Source: Azolla caroliniana
Taxonomy: Eukaryota; Plantae; Polypodiophyta
Assembly: GCA_043228905.1 (NCBI GenBank)
Contig: JBHGNT010000002.1
Span: 3,038,001 to 3,102,000 of the forward strand
Direction: 5' to 3'
Length of the DNA stretch: 64,000 bases
In this document: in pieces, positions 34,658 through 46,645 of the stretch
Position numbering within the stretch: position 1 is the stretch's first letter
Layout of the letters: the number at the start of each line of letters is the position of its first letter
Position numbers and translations under genes: made by a program
The notes under the pieces: generated by a model
Database searches by the model: none
What the model was told of the DNA's origin: nothing
What the model saw: the letters and a program-made list of their open reading frames with translations, nothing else

Positions 34658-37600
34658 TTGAGTATTGATTATGTCGATTCTTCTTCTTCTTCTTCTCTCT
34701 TCGAATGCGAGCTATGTAGCGAAGCTACAATAGCGATGAACCGGTTCTTGGTCGTCGGCGTGGAGCACAACACACGATCACGATGAGGCGAATGGGCTAG
34801 ATCGAACTACCAAATTGCTCTGATACCATGTAAAGAATCAAGATATGGATTCTTGTGAAGCGGAAGAGATATGAGTTATGTGTGTGTATGAGAGAGAGAG
34901 AGAGAGAGAGAGAGTGAGAGAGAGACAAGGAATAAGACGCAGAGAATACGCAAGGTAAGAGTATATTAACAAAGGAGAAAGACTCAACATTTTACAAGGT
35001 GGGAGGAGGGTGCTTTATATAGTCACCCTCTCTCTACATTAACTACAAGACTCATGGAGCATGGGGAATGTGAAAGCTCATAAGTTATGTGTCATAGAAT
35101 ATGATTCTATGACTCATACTAAATGCTAGAATACAAAGTGGTGACATAGTGGTGACGCTTGACCGTTGGAGTGTCTATTCACTCTCAAGGTGAGTTCACA
35201 CACTAGACCAAGTTGAGCTTGATTCTCAACACTTCATTACGCCCATGTGTTGCCTAAGGGATCGAAATTGATCTGCCGAAAGACACTTGGTTAATGCGTC
35301 TACGACATTATCGGTTGTTGATATTTTCTCTAGACAGATTTCCCCTGTAATGACGTAGTCTCAAACGAAATGATATCGAATGTCGATATGCTTGGAGGCG
35401 TTGTGATGAATCAGATTTTTCAACAAAGCAACAACACCCTAACTGTCACTGTAAACAATTGGAGCCGTGCCGATTTCGGCTTGTCAAAATGTGCAGGCCA
35501 GCCGACTGAGCCATAAGGCCTCTTTTGACACATCGGACACGGCTATGTATTCAACCTCGGTCGTTGATGGGGCGGTGCACTCCTGAAGTTTCGATTTCCA
35601 CGAGATCGCTCTATTGCCAAGTTTAAAACAATATCCGGTTGTCGATTTACGACTGTCTATGCAACTTGCAAAGTCCGAGTCGGTGTATTGGACTACGCCT
35701 GAGATGTTGTTGGGGCCGAATAGAATACCAAGGTCTTTTGTGCCCACCCGATATCTAAACACATGCTTGACTGCGTTCTAGTGCGATCAACTGGGATTAT
35801 GCATAAATCTGTTGACGATTCCAACGACGTGAGTGTTATTAAGCCGTGTCGCGACCATCACATACATTAGGGAGCCAATTTCTGGTGCATATGGTACTGA
35901 CTTCATAATTTCACCCTTCGAACCGGATGTCGGGCAGTCTCGCTGTGACAATCGAGTACTAATAGGAAGCGGGGTAGAGGCAGATTTTGCCGAGTGCATG
36001 TTGAAGGGTTGTAGGCCACGTCCAATGTAGTCGGATTGGGATAGAAACAATTATCGTTGATTACGATTCTGACTGATCTTCATACCAAGAATGTGCCATG
36101 CCGGACCAAGATCCTTCATGGAAAACTTCAACCGCAATTGCCAAATGAGTTCAGTGAGTTCGCCTGCATGGCGTCCAGAGATTAGAATGTCATCCACGTA
36201 GATGATGAGGAAGATGGGTGATCCATCTCGAGCTATCTTTGTGAAGAGACAATGGTCCTCATTGCTCTTTGAGAAGCTGATCGATTGGATGAAGTCGTCG
36301 AACTTCTTCTACCACTATCGCGGCGCCTGTTTCAGGCCGTAAAGACTCTTCCTGAGTCAACAGACTAGATGTTCTTGGCTGGATACCACGAAACCTTTCG
36401 GCTGCTCCATATAAATTTCCTCCTCAAGATCACCATGGAGTAAAGTTGTTTTGACATCTAGCTGAATCAACTCCAAATTTTCGGCTGCCACTACGCCGGG
36501 CATGAATTGAAGGGTTGTCATCTTCACCACTGGTGAAAAGATTTCGTCGAAATCGACACTGTGTTCCTGTCGAAAACCCTTTGCTACTAATATGGCTTTG
36601 AATTTTGGGTTGGCTGAATTGGACGTCTCCTTAATTCGATAGACCCACTTGCACGGAAGAGCATGTTGATTTTTCGGTAATTTGACCAGGTCCCAAGTCT
36701 TGTTTGCATGAATTGAGTTCATTTTGGACTCCATTGCCAGATGCCAGGTGTCTGAATCGAGTGACGTTGATGCTTCTTTGTAGGATATCGGTTCTCCGAC
36801 GTCCGTAAAGAAGATGCCAGGAGAGTATCTCTCTGGGGGTTGCGACAGTCTCTCGGATCTTCGAGGTATGATTGGACTAGTAGCATCGGGTGTCGTGGTC
36901 GGATGGTCCAAAGCCGAATCGTTTGGATGTGCCGAGTCGAAATTCTCTGAGTCGGTTTTTGAAGGTTTAGCTACTCGTGAAGCTGACCGTGTGTTGTGTG
37001 CTAGGCCTTCGTGAAGGGTTGTCACATCGGAAAAAATTACCCTTTGGATTTCGATCGGTTTTTCGACTGATTGATGCGTGGCCGACTCATTGAACACGAC
37101 GTCCAAACTTCAGACGATTTGTCTGTGTTCGGGATCCTAGAGTCGGTATCCCATTTCGCATCTATTCCATAACCGAGGAAAATACATTTCCTGGACTGTG
37201 GTGCAAGTTTGTGGCGATCATCTTTCGAGACAAGGGCATACGCCTCACATATGAAAATCCTCAGCTTGTCATAATTCAGCTTACTCTGGGTCCATAATTC
37301 ATGAGGTATCTAAAGTCCCAGAGGCATACTCGGCGACATATTGATTATGTGTATTGCCATAAATAGGGCCTCTGCCTAGAAGCCATCCGATGGTCCATAG
37401 TGTTGGAGCATGGAAACTATGCGTTCTTGAATTGTCCGATTCATTCGCTCGGCAATCCCATTTTGCTCCGGACTATGAGGTGTCGTAAATTCACGTCGTA
37501 TGCCGCATTGTTAGCAAAATTTGACGAATTCCTCTAATTTGAACTATCCCCATTATCGGACCGAAAGCTTTTTAGTTTTCGGCTGGACTGATTCTCAACC

Positions 37601-38359
37601 ACGGCGAGCCAATCGGAAAAGATCGACAAAATACGATCTTTGGTTTTGATTGGATAAGCCCACATCTTCTATTATGGGCATGACCATAGAATATCCCGTG
37701 GTGAGAATTTACCGTAGTATTCTATACACGTGGATAAGTGTGAGGGTTAAGTGAGAGTGTAAAGAAGGGGAGGATTACTTTTAATCCTCGGCATTGAGAC
37801 AACCCATTAGGCCAAGTGTGAACTTTCTTGGGGGCCTTGGGTATCGCTATAAATAAGAGGCCTAGCTACCCTCATTTCATCATCTTGTTGACTACATCGA
37901 GACTCTGTCTTGTGGTGGGTCAACTCTTGTAGCGAGCGCGCCAACACCAGGTACGACTCGACGCCACGACGATGGTATGGGACGCCGATCGAGGCTCGAG
38001 TCCGCCTCGATCCCTTCGCTCGGGGGTGGTTGGGTGGATCGACACCCTTCTTTCTCTCTCTCCTTTCTATCTAGATCTATATTCTATCCTTATCTAATGC
38101 TTACATTTGTTCATGTCTCTAATAGTTGGTATCCGAGCTCATGTGCTAATGTTTCTTTTGTTGTCTTTTGTTTTGTTGATTGATGGTGATCGATCAATGT
38201 GCGGTTGGCCTTGATCTAGACAACGATCAACAAAGGAACTTTGGTAACTCTTTCTTCTTCTCCCATCTAATCATGCGTATAGTCTATATGTAATTGTTTT
38301 CATTAATTCAATGATGTTGTAGTGGTAATTAATTGGTTGTATAAAACGTTTACATATGT

Positions 38360-38543
38360 GTATGAGGTCAATACCTCATTTGACATATATTTAATATGTG
38401 ATTAGTGTCGTATACGTACGAGGTTAATACCTCAATTGCGTATTACGCTCACATACATATGTTACGTATGCGTATGAGGTCAATACCTCGATTTTGTTGT
38501 AAATGATATGCGTTTGGTGTCGTATGCGTATGAGGTCAATACC
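38360..38543 (+). repeat. Four dispersed-tandem copies of TAYGAGGTYAATACC (about 55-bp period) in the D leader
   Basis: Copies start at about 38361, 38417, 38473 and 38529; the last copy abuts pol sequence. Confidence 0.75.
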
Positions 38544-41435
38544 AGATTTTGAACAACAACAACTTGATGAAATCTTAAATGATTTTCGTGATGTTTTTCC
38601 GAGTGAACTACTAGATGGGTTACCTCCTAAATGTAATATAGACCATTGTATAGAGATTGTACCTGGCGTTGCACCAACAAGTATACCTCCTTATCGCTTA
38701 AGTCGATCCAAAGAGGATGAGGTATCTAAGCAACTCAAGGACTATTTACAAATGGGTTATATATGTTATAGTAAATCTCCATGGGGTGCACCAGTTCTCT
38801 TGGTTAAAAAGAAAGAGGGCACATGGCGTATGTGTATTAATTACCGACGCTTGAATAAAGTGACGATCAAGAATTCGTATCCATTGCCCCGGGCTGACGA
38901 TCTAATTGACCGTCTCCAGGGAGCTCGGTATTTTACGAAACTTGATCTCCGTACTGGCTACCATCAAATTCGTATAAGTGAGGACGATGTTCCTAAAATG
39001 GCATTTTGTACGCGCTATGGCCATTATGAGTTTTTGGTTATGCCTTTTGGTTTGACCAATGCTCTGGCTACATTTCAACAAGAAATGAATGACATTTTCC
39101 GAGAACAACTTGGAAAATTTGTCGTTATTTTCTTGGATGATATTTTAGTTTATAGCCGTACATTACAAGAACATGCTAAATATGTTTGCTTTGTTTTACA
39201 AACATTGCGTGACAAACAATTTTATGCGAAGATCTCAAAATATGAGTTCTTCAAGAAATCAATTACTTATCTTGGACATCTCATAACCGAACGAGGAGTT
39301 AAAATTGATCCTTCTCGCATCGAGAAAATAAAGCTTTGGCCCACTCTCTTCGGAATATTCGAGAAGTTCGATCATTCCTTGGTTTTGTCGGGTTTTTGCG
39401 AAAATCCCTTCGTAATTACTCCCAATTGACGACGCCGTTTATTGATCTTTTAAAACGTCAAACACGTAAGTCTACAAAACCTATTGGAATGCTACACTAG
39501 ACCTCGCCTTTAAGGAACTCAAGGACCTGGTGTGCAAGGCTCCTTCACTTCTTTTACCTAATCCTTCAAAACCTTTTGAGGTTGAAACCGATGCAAGCGA
39601 TTATGCTATAGGTGATGTCTTATATCAAGATGGTAAACCAATAACATTCGAGAGTAAGAAACTTGATTCTACTCAATGTCGGTATACTGTTCAAGAAAAG
39701 GAATTATTTACAGTTATACATGCACTCAAAACATGGCGCCATTATCTTTATGGAAATCGCTTTGTGGTAACTACAGACCACGAGTCCTTGAAATATTTTT
39801 GTGACCAATAAGACCTGAAAGGTCGTAAGGCACGATGGGCTAATCTAATCCAGGAGTTTGTTTTTTCCATACGATATCGTAAAGGTTCCATGAACACTGT
39901 CGCTGATGTACTAAGTTGCATCCGTGAAGTTAACATGCTTAGCTTCATTGAAATAACATCAGATTTTTATGATCACCTTCAAGGAAAGTATCCTGATGAC
40001 AGTTATTTTGCAAAATACTAGGCAAGAGTTGAGTCTAGAACAGACACCACCACATCCTCGAAGGAATACTTCCACATTGCTAACGGTCTGCTCTACCGTA
40101 ATGGGAAGGTTTGTGTTCCAGATTTACCCGAGGTCAAAAAGAGGATTCTTCTTGAATGCCATGATGCACCCTCAGCAGGGCACCCTGGAATACATCGTAC
40201 ACTTGTTCTCATCTCCACTCAATTTTATTGGCCTAAGATGCGTCCTGACATACATAGTTATGTGACTAAATGTCACCAATGTCAGGTTAACAAAGCCGAG
40301 CGACTTAAAGCCACAAGACTTTTACATCCCTTGGACATTCCCAATAATAAGTGGGAAAGTATATCCATGGATTTTATTGTTAGCTTTCCTCGCACCCAAA
40401 AAGGCCATGATGCAATCTGGGTTGTGGTTGATAGACTAACTAAAATGGCCAGATTTATTGCTACTAAAACCAGGGTAACAACTCCTGAATTGGCTTACCA
40501 ATTCGTTGACGAGTTATTTCGTTTTTATGGGTTACCGATGGATATCATGAGTGATTGAGATCCAAAGTTTACTAGTGACTTTTGGACGCAAGTCTTCAAG
40601 AAGTCAGAAACTACATTGAGCATGAGCTCCACGGATCATCCTCAATCCGATGGACAGACAGAATGAGTAAATCAAATTATTGAGGATATGCTTCGAGCAT
40701 ACGTTGGTGCAAAACCAACAAAATGGGAACGTTATCTCCCAATTTTGGAGTTTGCTTATAACAGCTCCAAGCATACGTCGATGGGATATAGTCCTTTTAT
40801 GTTGATGTATGGTTTTCAGCCACGAGCCCCGATTGATGTTAATATACATCATGATGAGTTGCGAAGAACGCAAAAAATTCTTCTGGATATGCAAGATATG
40901 TTGCATATTGCATGAGATAATATAAAAATAGCTCAAGATAGAGCGTGTTTTTATGCCGATCATCATAGGCAACCTCGTGTATTCAACCCTAGACAAAAGG
41001 TATTTTTACATGTACCTCACAATTCTAAGACATTGTCTAAGGGTAAGTGCGCTAAATTAGCCCCAAGGTTTTGTGGACCTTTTACAGTCCTCAAATGCAT
41101 TGGGTCATTAGCCTATCGTCTCACTCTTCCCGATGGTGTTGAAATTCATACAGTTTTTCATGTGAGTCGTCTTAAAGAACTTCTAGGTTCTGGCGACAAT
41201 ACAGTTACAACTAAAACTCTAGTTACTTCTGAAGAATTATCTTCTAAATCACATGTACCAGAAAGAATTCTCGATGTTAAAACAAAAAAATTACATACTA
41301 AAGAAATCCGAGAATTTAAAATAAAATGGATGGATAAATCAATAAAAGATACCACATGGGAACGCGAAAATTCTCTCATAACTAACTTCCCTAACTTTCC
41401 ATTGCAAGAGTGCAATGTTTTAAAGAGGGGGAGTA
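38544..41435 (+). pseudogene. pol: D pol: RT-RNaseH-integrase-chromodomain, with stops and frameshifts
   Basis: [56 protein letters not shown], and chromodomain PERILD...FKIKW...TTWE. Confidence 0.9.
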
Positions 41436-42872
41436 TGTTACGGGCATGACCATAGAATATCCCGTGGTGAGAATTTACCGTAGTATTCTATACACGTGGA
41501 TAAGTGTGAGGGTTAAATGAGAGTGTAAAGAAGGGGAGGATTACTTTTAATCCTTGGGATTGAGACAACCCATTAGGCTAAGTGTGAACTTGCCTGGGGG
41601 CCTTGGGTATCGCTATAAATAAGAGGCCTAGCTACCCTCATTTCATCATCTTGTTCACTACGTCGAGACTCTGTCTTGTGGTGGGTCAACTCTTGTAGCA
41701 AGTGCGCCAGCACTAGGTACGACTCGACACCACGATGGTGGTATGGGACGCCAATTGAGGCTCGAGTCCGTCTCGATCCCTTCGCTCGGGGGTGGTTGGG
41801 TGGATCGGCACCCTTCTTTCTCTCTCTCCTTTCTATCTAGATCTATATTCTATCCTTATCTAATGCTTACATTAGTTCATGTCTCTAATACCTTCTGAGT
41901 CGAGTCGTCAATGAAGCTGACGAAATACAGAGCACCGCCGAGGGATTGATGTGGCATAGGACCACATATGTCCGAGTGGACCAAATTGAGTGGACTCGAT
42001 TCTCTCGGGGTAGATGAAGGGTGAGTTACAGCTATCTGCTTGCCATATTGGCAATGCTCGTAGAACTGATGATCTGAGAAGGAGAGTTTGGGGATGTATC
42101 TGGCTCTAGATAAGTGCGTGATGCCGGCCTTGCTGAGGTGTCTGAGTTGTCCGTGCTAGAGTGATGACACAGGAATGTCAACCAAAAACAGGTCACCCTC
42201 TTTGAGTGTGACGTGCAAAGGATACAATGAGTGTATCTTCGGTCCTCGAGCAAGCAAGAGGTTCCTAGTGTGGAGCGTCCACGCTCTTAATGAGAAGCCA
42301 ACACGGATGCCATCTTCATCCAATTGTCCGACTGAGATCAGTGGAATTGAGAGCTTAGGTACATGTCGGACATTGCATAACTTACTAATGTAGAGCCACC
42401 CGTAAGGTTGAGCTCTACTATGCCAATTCCAAATATGTTATAGTGTTGCGAATTTCTTACTCGAACAAAGTCGAATGTCGGGCCGTGTATTGCCGAAATT
42501 GGGATCGATGAGGAGTCACATGAAAGGATGCACCCGAATCTAAGAGCCACATGCTCGATTCTTCAGTCGTAAGAAGAACTTCTGATTCGACTAGGTTCTT
42601 AATTGATAGTATATTTGGGTCATTTGTCAATACTTCGGCTGAAGAGCCGATGTAGTTGATCTCCTTGTGTCGGCCACTCTTTTGCTCAGCTCAATGAGCC
42701 TTATTATTTTTTGCCTTGAGTGCATGGCAATCGGCTTTGATGTGTCCGGGTTTCTTGCAGTAGTTGCAGACTCGATTATCCCGGGACTTGCTTTGACTTC
42801 GCTGATTATTCGGCTGTCGTGAAGAACTTCTTCCATGGATGTTTGATTGGTCGGTTGAACCTTGTACTATGT

Positions 42873-45154
42873 TGTCATGAAGATCCATCACTATGTGCGG
42901 ATCGTGAGGCGGAACTGCCAGGGTTCTGGACCGGAAGGAGTTCAAGTACGCACTAGCTTTAGCGAGAAAGGAATTAAAATAGATTGAGAGAGAGAAATTG
43001 AGATAAGATAGAACGCTTGACTTTAGATTGAGAGAGATTAAGATTGAACTCTTGACTTTAGATTTGAAGAACAAGATTGATACATCAATTGGATAACGAA
43101 TTTTTTACTTTTAATTTCTTGTTTAATACCTCGCTCCCTTTTACATTCTAATTTTTTTACCTTTCAATTTTACATTCCTTTCCTACCATCTGTCTCTTGG
43201 GTCCCACATTGGTTCTCAATGCAACTGCCCAAGTCTCTAGATGGAGTGTCCTACATGGGTATACCACCGTCCATCTCTTGGGTCTCACGTTGGCTTTCTG
43301 CAATTGCCCAAGTCTCCGGAACATGTGTGCTCCTCACATAGACACAAAGATAATAGCTTTTGCTCTGCCTTATATATGGTGAGATCCTTATTTGTCTTGT
43401 CTATGTGGGATATCTCACAGTTTTATCTTTCTCTTTTCCTTTGCAAACTTCCTACCCACATAACTTGAGACTTAGATGTCGTTTCTTATGTAGTAAAGGG
43501 CATTCGAAAGCTCTTGAAGACCTCCATCTTTTTGTACTAAGATATTAAACTTATTTAAAATAGTATTTTCACTATTATTGTTTTATATGATTCATACTCG
43601 ATTTCGTATGTTTATGTGATTTTCACACCATTGCCCAAAATCTTCACGATATCCACCCCCACCAAACCGCATGTCCTCAGTAATGTGCCAAGAAGAGAGA
43701 GTGTGAGATTTCGGCTACGGTGATCAATCAGATTTCTCCACGTCTTCATTCACATCCGCCCTATTATCTTCATCGTCGAGGTGATCGAGGTCAGGATCCT
43801 CGTCTTGTCTTTTCTTGAAAATCTTTACTCTTTTCCCTGCAATGGGTACAACCAACTTTGATCCATCTAGCTCTGCAAGGTGGTATGTGGCATTATCGTT
43901 GGCACTTGTCACCACATACGGTTCGAACCATCTTCTTGCGAACTTTCTTATTGTACTGTGTTGATTGTGAAGGCTGTTGTCGTAGACCAATACCCAATCT
44001 CCTTCTTCGATCTTCTTGGGACGTAGTTGACGCGTCTTGTCGAACCAAATTTTGTTCTTCACTCGGGTTGCCTCCATCATCTTTCATGCTTTTTCAAGAT
44101 CTTCAGGTTTTCTTTCAAGTTGCCTTATCCGTGCCGCTAATAATTCTTCTCAGCTCATCTCGTTCTCCCATGGTATCGCTACCCATGAGGCGATCGTCAT
44201 TTCGATGGGCATTATCGGCTTTTGTCTATACATAAGCTCTGTTGGCATATACCCTGTCACTGAACTATGTGTAGTTCTATCGGCCCACAAGGCATAGGGC
44301 AATAGTCGTGGCCAATTCCTGACTCGACTGTTGCATGCTCGTACTATGGCTTTGACGATAGGTCCATGCCCTCGCTTGATCTTCCCATTCGCTTCTGGAT
44401 TGTAGGCAGTCGTGAGGGAGAGCTTTACGCCTAATCGTTCGAAAAGCCCCGTTGCTTCGCGTGCATCCAACTCCCCTCGGTCGGCGACTTTCTTTCCCAC
44501 ACATCTGTATCGGCAGACAACCTCTTCGAGTAGAAATTTGCAAACAGCCAACGTCATCTTATTTGTCAAGGCCCGTCCTTCCATTTGATTTGTCAAGTCT
44601 TCTCTCGCCAGAGCTAAGTACTTCATTTGTCCCACTCCCATTGGCATTGAGACCAAATCCACCATCCATTTGAAGTGTATGGTGAGCGGGTATGTCGTTT
44701 GTAGCTCATCACGATCACGTATATTCGAATGTACTTGGCATGTTTTGCATGTGGACACAAAATGGAGTACATCTTTGTACATGCTTGGCCACCAGTACTT
44801 CTCCTTCAACTTCTCGAACGTTGCCCATGTTCCTCTATGACCTGCCCAGGCACTCTCGATGAATTCGGTCATTAGCGTCACTTGCTCTTCTTTCTTCACC
44901 ACTACTCGACGTGGTATTCTTGTCCTTTTTGGATGTCGCCAAAAGAAGCCTCCCTTCAAGAAGTATTGGTAAGCTTTCTTTTGGATTCGTAGGGCCTCCT
45001 CCTTCATCAACGAAGCATCCGCCGTCATTGTTTTTAGGAATCGGCCGATCAGTAACCACTCTCCTTCGTACTCGTCCTCGTTGGAGGCGTGGAGTTAGCG
45101 TGTCCTTGTCTTCTACCGATAGTCGAGCCATCTTGAAGAAGTCTAGGGTGAGGT
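42873..45154 (-). mobile_element. Gypsy E (H/I lineage): 3' LTR and degenerate integrase; interrupted by F, remainder outside the window
   Basis: LTR at 42873-43651 (TGTCATGAAGA...TCTTCACGATA), PPT GGTGGGGGTGGA. Integrase AWAGHRGTWATFEK, VADRGE and LWADRTTHSSVTG, homologous to H and I. Confidence 0.88.
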
Positions 45155-46645
45155 TGTTGCGTATTTCCGCGCGTGTGTGTAGAATAAGGCGGGACCACAG
45201 GGGTCTTGGACTAGGGAGTAGATTGGAAGACGGGTATGAGCAAAGTGGAAGAGATTAACACGGTAGAGAAAGTAGAAAGAGACAATATTTATGAAGTTAT
45301 GTATATTATGGGCATTAAAGCCGCAATGTGATTACAATTGCGGCCGTGTGGGCTGGACTCAAAACATAAGTAGAATGTAAAGCCTAATCGGATAAGTAAA
45401 GAAAGAGATGAAGAAACCCTAGAAGAAACCCTAAAAGGAATAGAAACTCTCGACCTAAATGGTATACCTCTTCTCACTCAAAATAGGCAACCCTTTTACA
45501 AAGGCCGCTCCCTTCCTTTTATAGAACAAGGAGAGGGATGCGTAACAATGTGGGATAAATCCCTTTTTACATGGGATCCTCTATCCCGAATTAACTACTG
45601 TCCAGCGCCATGATGGCGCCCCTATCATCTACACGATTTGTACAAGGGTGAGTGCACATGCTCCACCCCGCAGATTCCTTTGATATTCCTCGGTTTCTCA
45701 CCATGGCTCGGAATCTTCACGACATCCACCCCCACTAAAACGCACGTCCACCAGTACGGGCCAAATTTAGGGAAGGGTGGGAGATTCCGACCGGTGAGGA
45801 ACCGGTGTCGCGATATTCCACGAGCGCGTGTAGGATCCGAGGCGGGGCCACGAGGGTCTTGGACTAGGGAGTGGAGGAAGAAGAATGAGACGAGGAATGG
45901 AAGCTTAACACAAGATGAGAAGATGAAGAGTAGCACATAAGCATAGACCAAAATAGATGGAAACAAGATCCACAACAAGATATGTTAAAAAACAAGCGAA
46001 TGATTACAACAATGGTGGCCACATAGGCCGCACCAAATGATATAAGGAAACCCTAACCGACTAAGTAAGAAGAAGATGAATAAGAAATCCTAACCCTAAA
46101 ATGATAAGAAGAGGAATTCTAGAACTATGTGGTATACCTCACTCACACTCAAAAATAGGCAACCCTTTCAATGGTGCCCCTTCCTCTCCTTTTATAGCAT
46201 AAGGAGAGGAAGCCGTTACAAAAGGGAGAGACTAAATATCCCCTTCATTCAATGGGGATATTTTCTTGGATTCTTGGAGGAGGGATTAATGGGGCCCTAA
46301 CTCCCACTCCTCACATATACTATTGTGCCCCTTACCCACCTCGTACTCCTATGTACCTCTCTCTCTCTCATGTGGATGTGCACATAAATGCACATCACAT
46401 TTATACTTTAGGAATCTTGTGGTGCATTTCTTACAATTTACATTTGTTCTTATTTACAAAAACATCATGTGCGTGTGCAACGTTGCACACCCCGGTTTTG
46501 CTCACTCCGCTCGGTTTTCCCCCTATGAACAAAAATCTTCACGACATTCGCCCCCACCAAACCGCACAAGCATCGGTATGTGCCAAGAAGGGGAAAGAGG
46601 TGAGATTTTTGGCCATGGGGATCAACCGAGTCCTTAGCGTCCTTG

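Larger units (their letters stand above)
10828..35231 (-). mobile_element. Copia C (same family as K), inserted in the last codons of Copia B pol; host of H1, H2 and I; RT/RH part missing from this assembly
   Basis: LTRs at 10828-11225 and 34829-35231. TSD CTTCA at 10823-10827 and 35232-35236. PBS (iMet) at 34817-34828. PPT at about 11226-11238. Gag-PR at 33062-34657, integrase fragments at 25508-25817 and 18574-18745. Confidence 0.92.
37670..41890 (+). mobile_element. Chromovirus (gypsy) D lacking gag and protease
   Basis: LTRs at 37670-38124 and 41436-41890 (455 bp each). TSD TCTTC/CCTTC. PBS TGGTATCCGAGC (iMet-type) from 38127. PPT AAAGAGGGGGAG. Degenerate RT-RH-IN-chromodomain. Confidence 0.92.
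10346..42872 (-). mobile_element. Degenerate Copia B (relative of A), interrupted by C, D and E; 5' part and 5' LTR lie beyond the window
   Basis: The 3' LTR (10346-10687) starts TGTTGAATAC after the PPT CCCATTACAGGGGAG, as in A. Body segments 10688-10827, 35237-37669 and 41896-42872 align with A (RH end MGVMKNQFD*, PIIPRRSERLSQPPERYSPG, CNYCKKPGHIKADC) but carry many stops and frameshifts. Confidence 0.88.
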
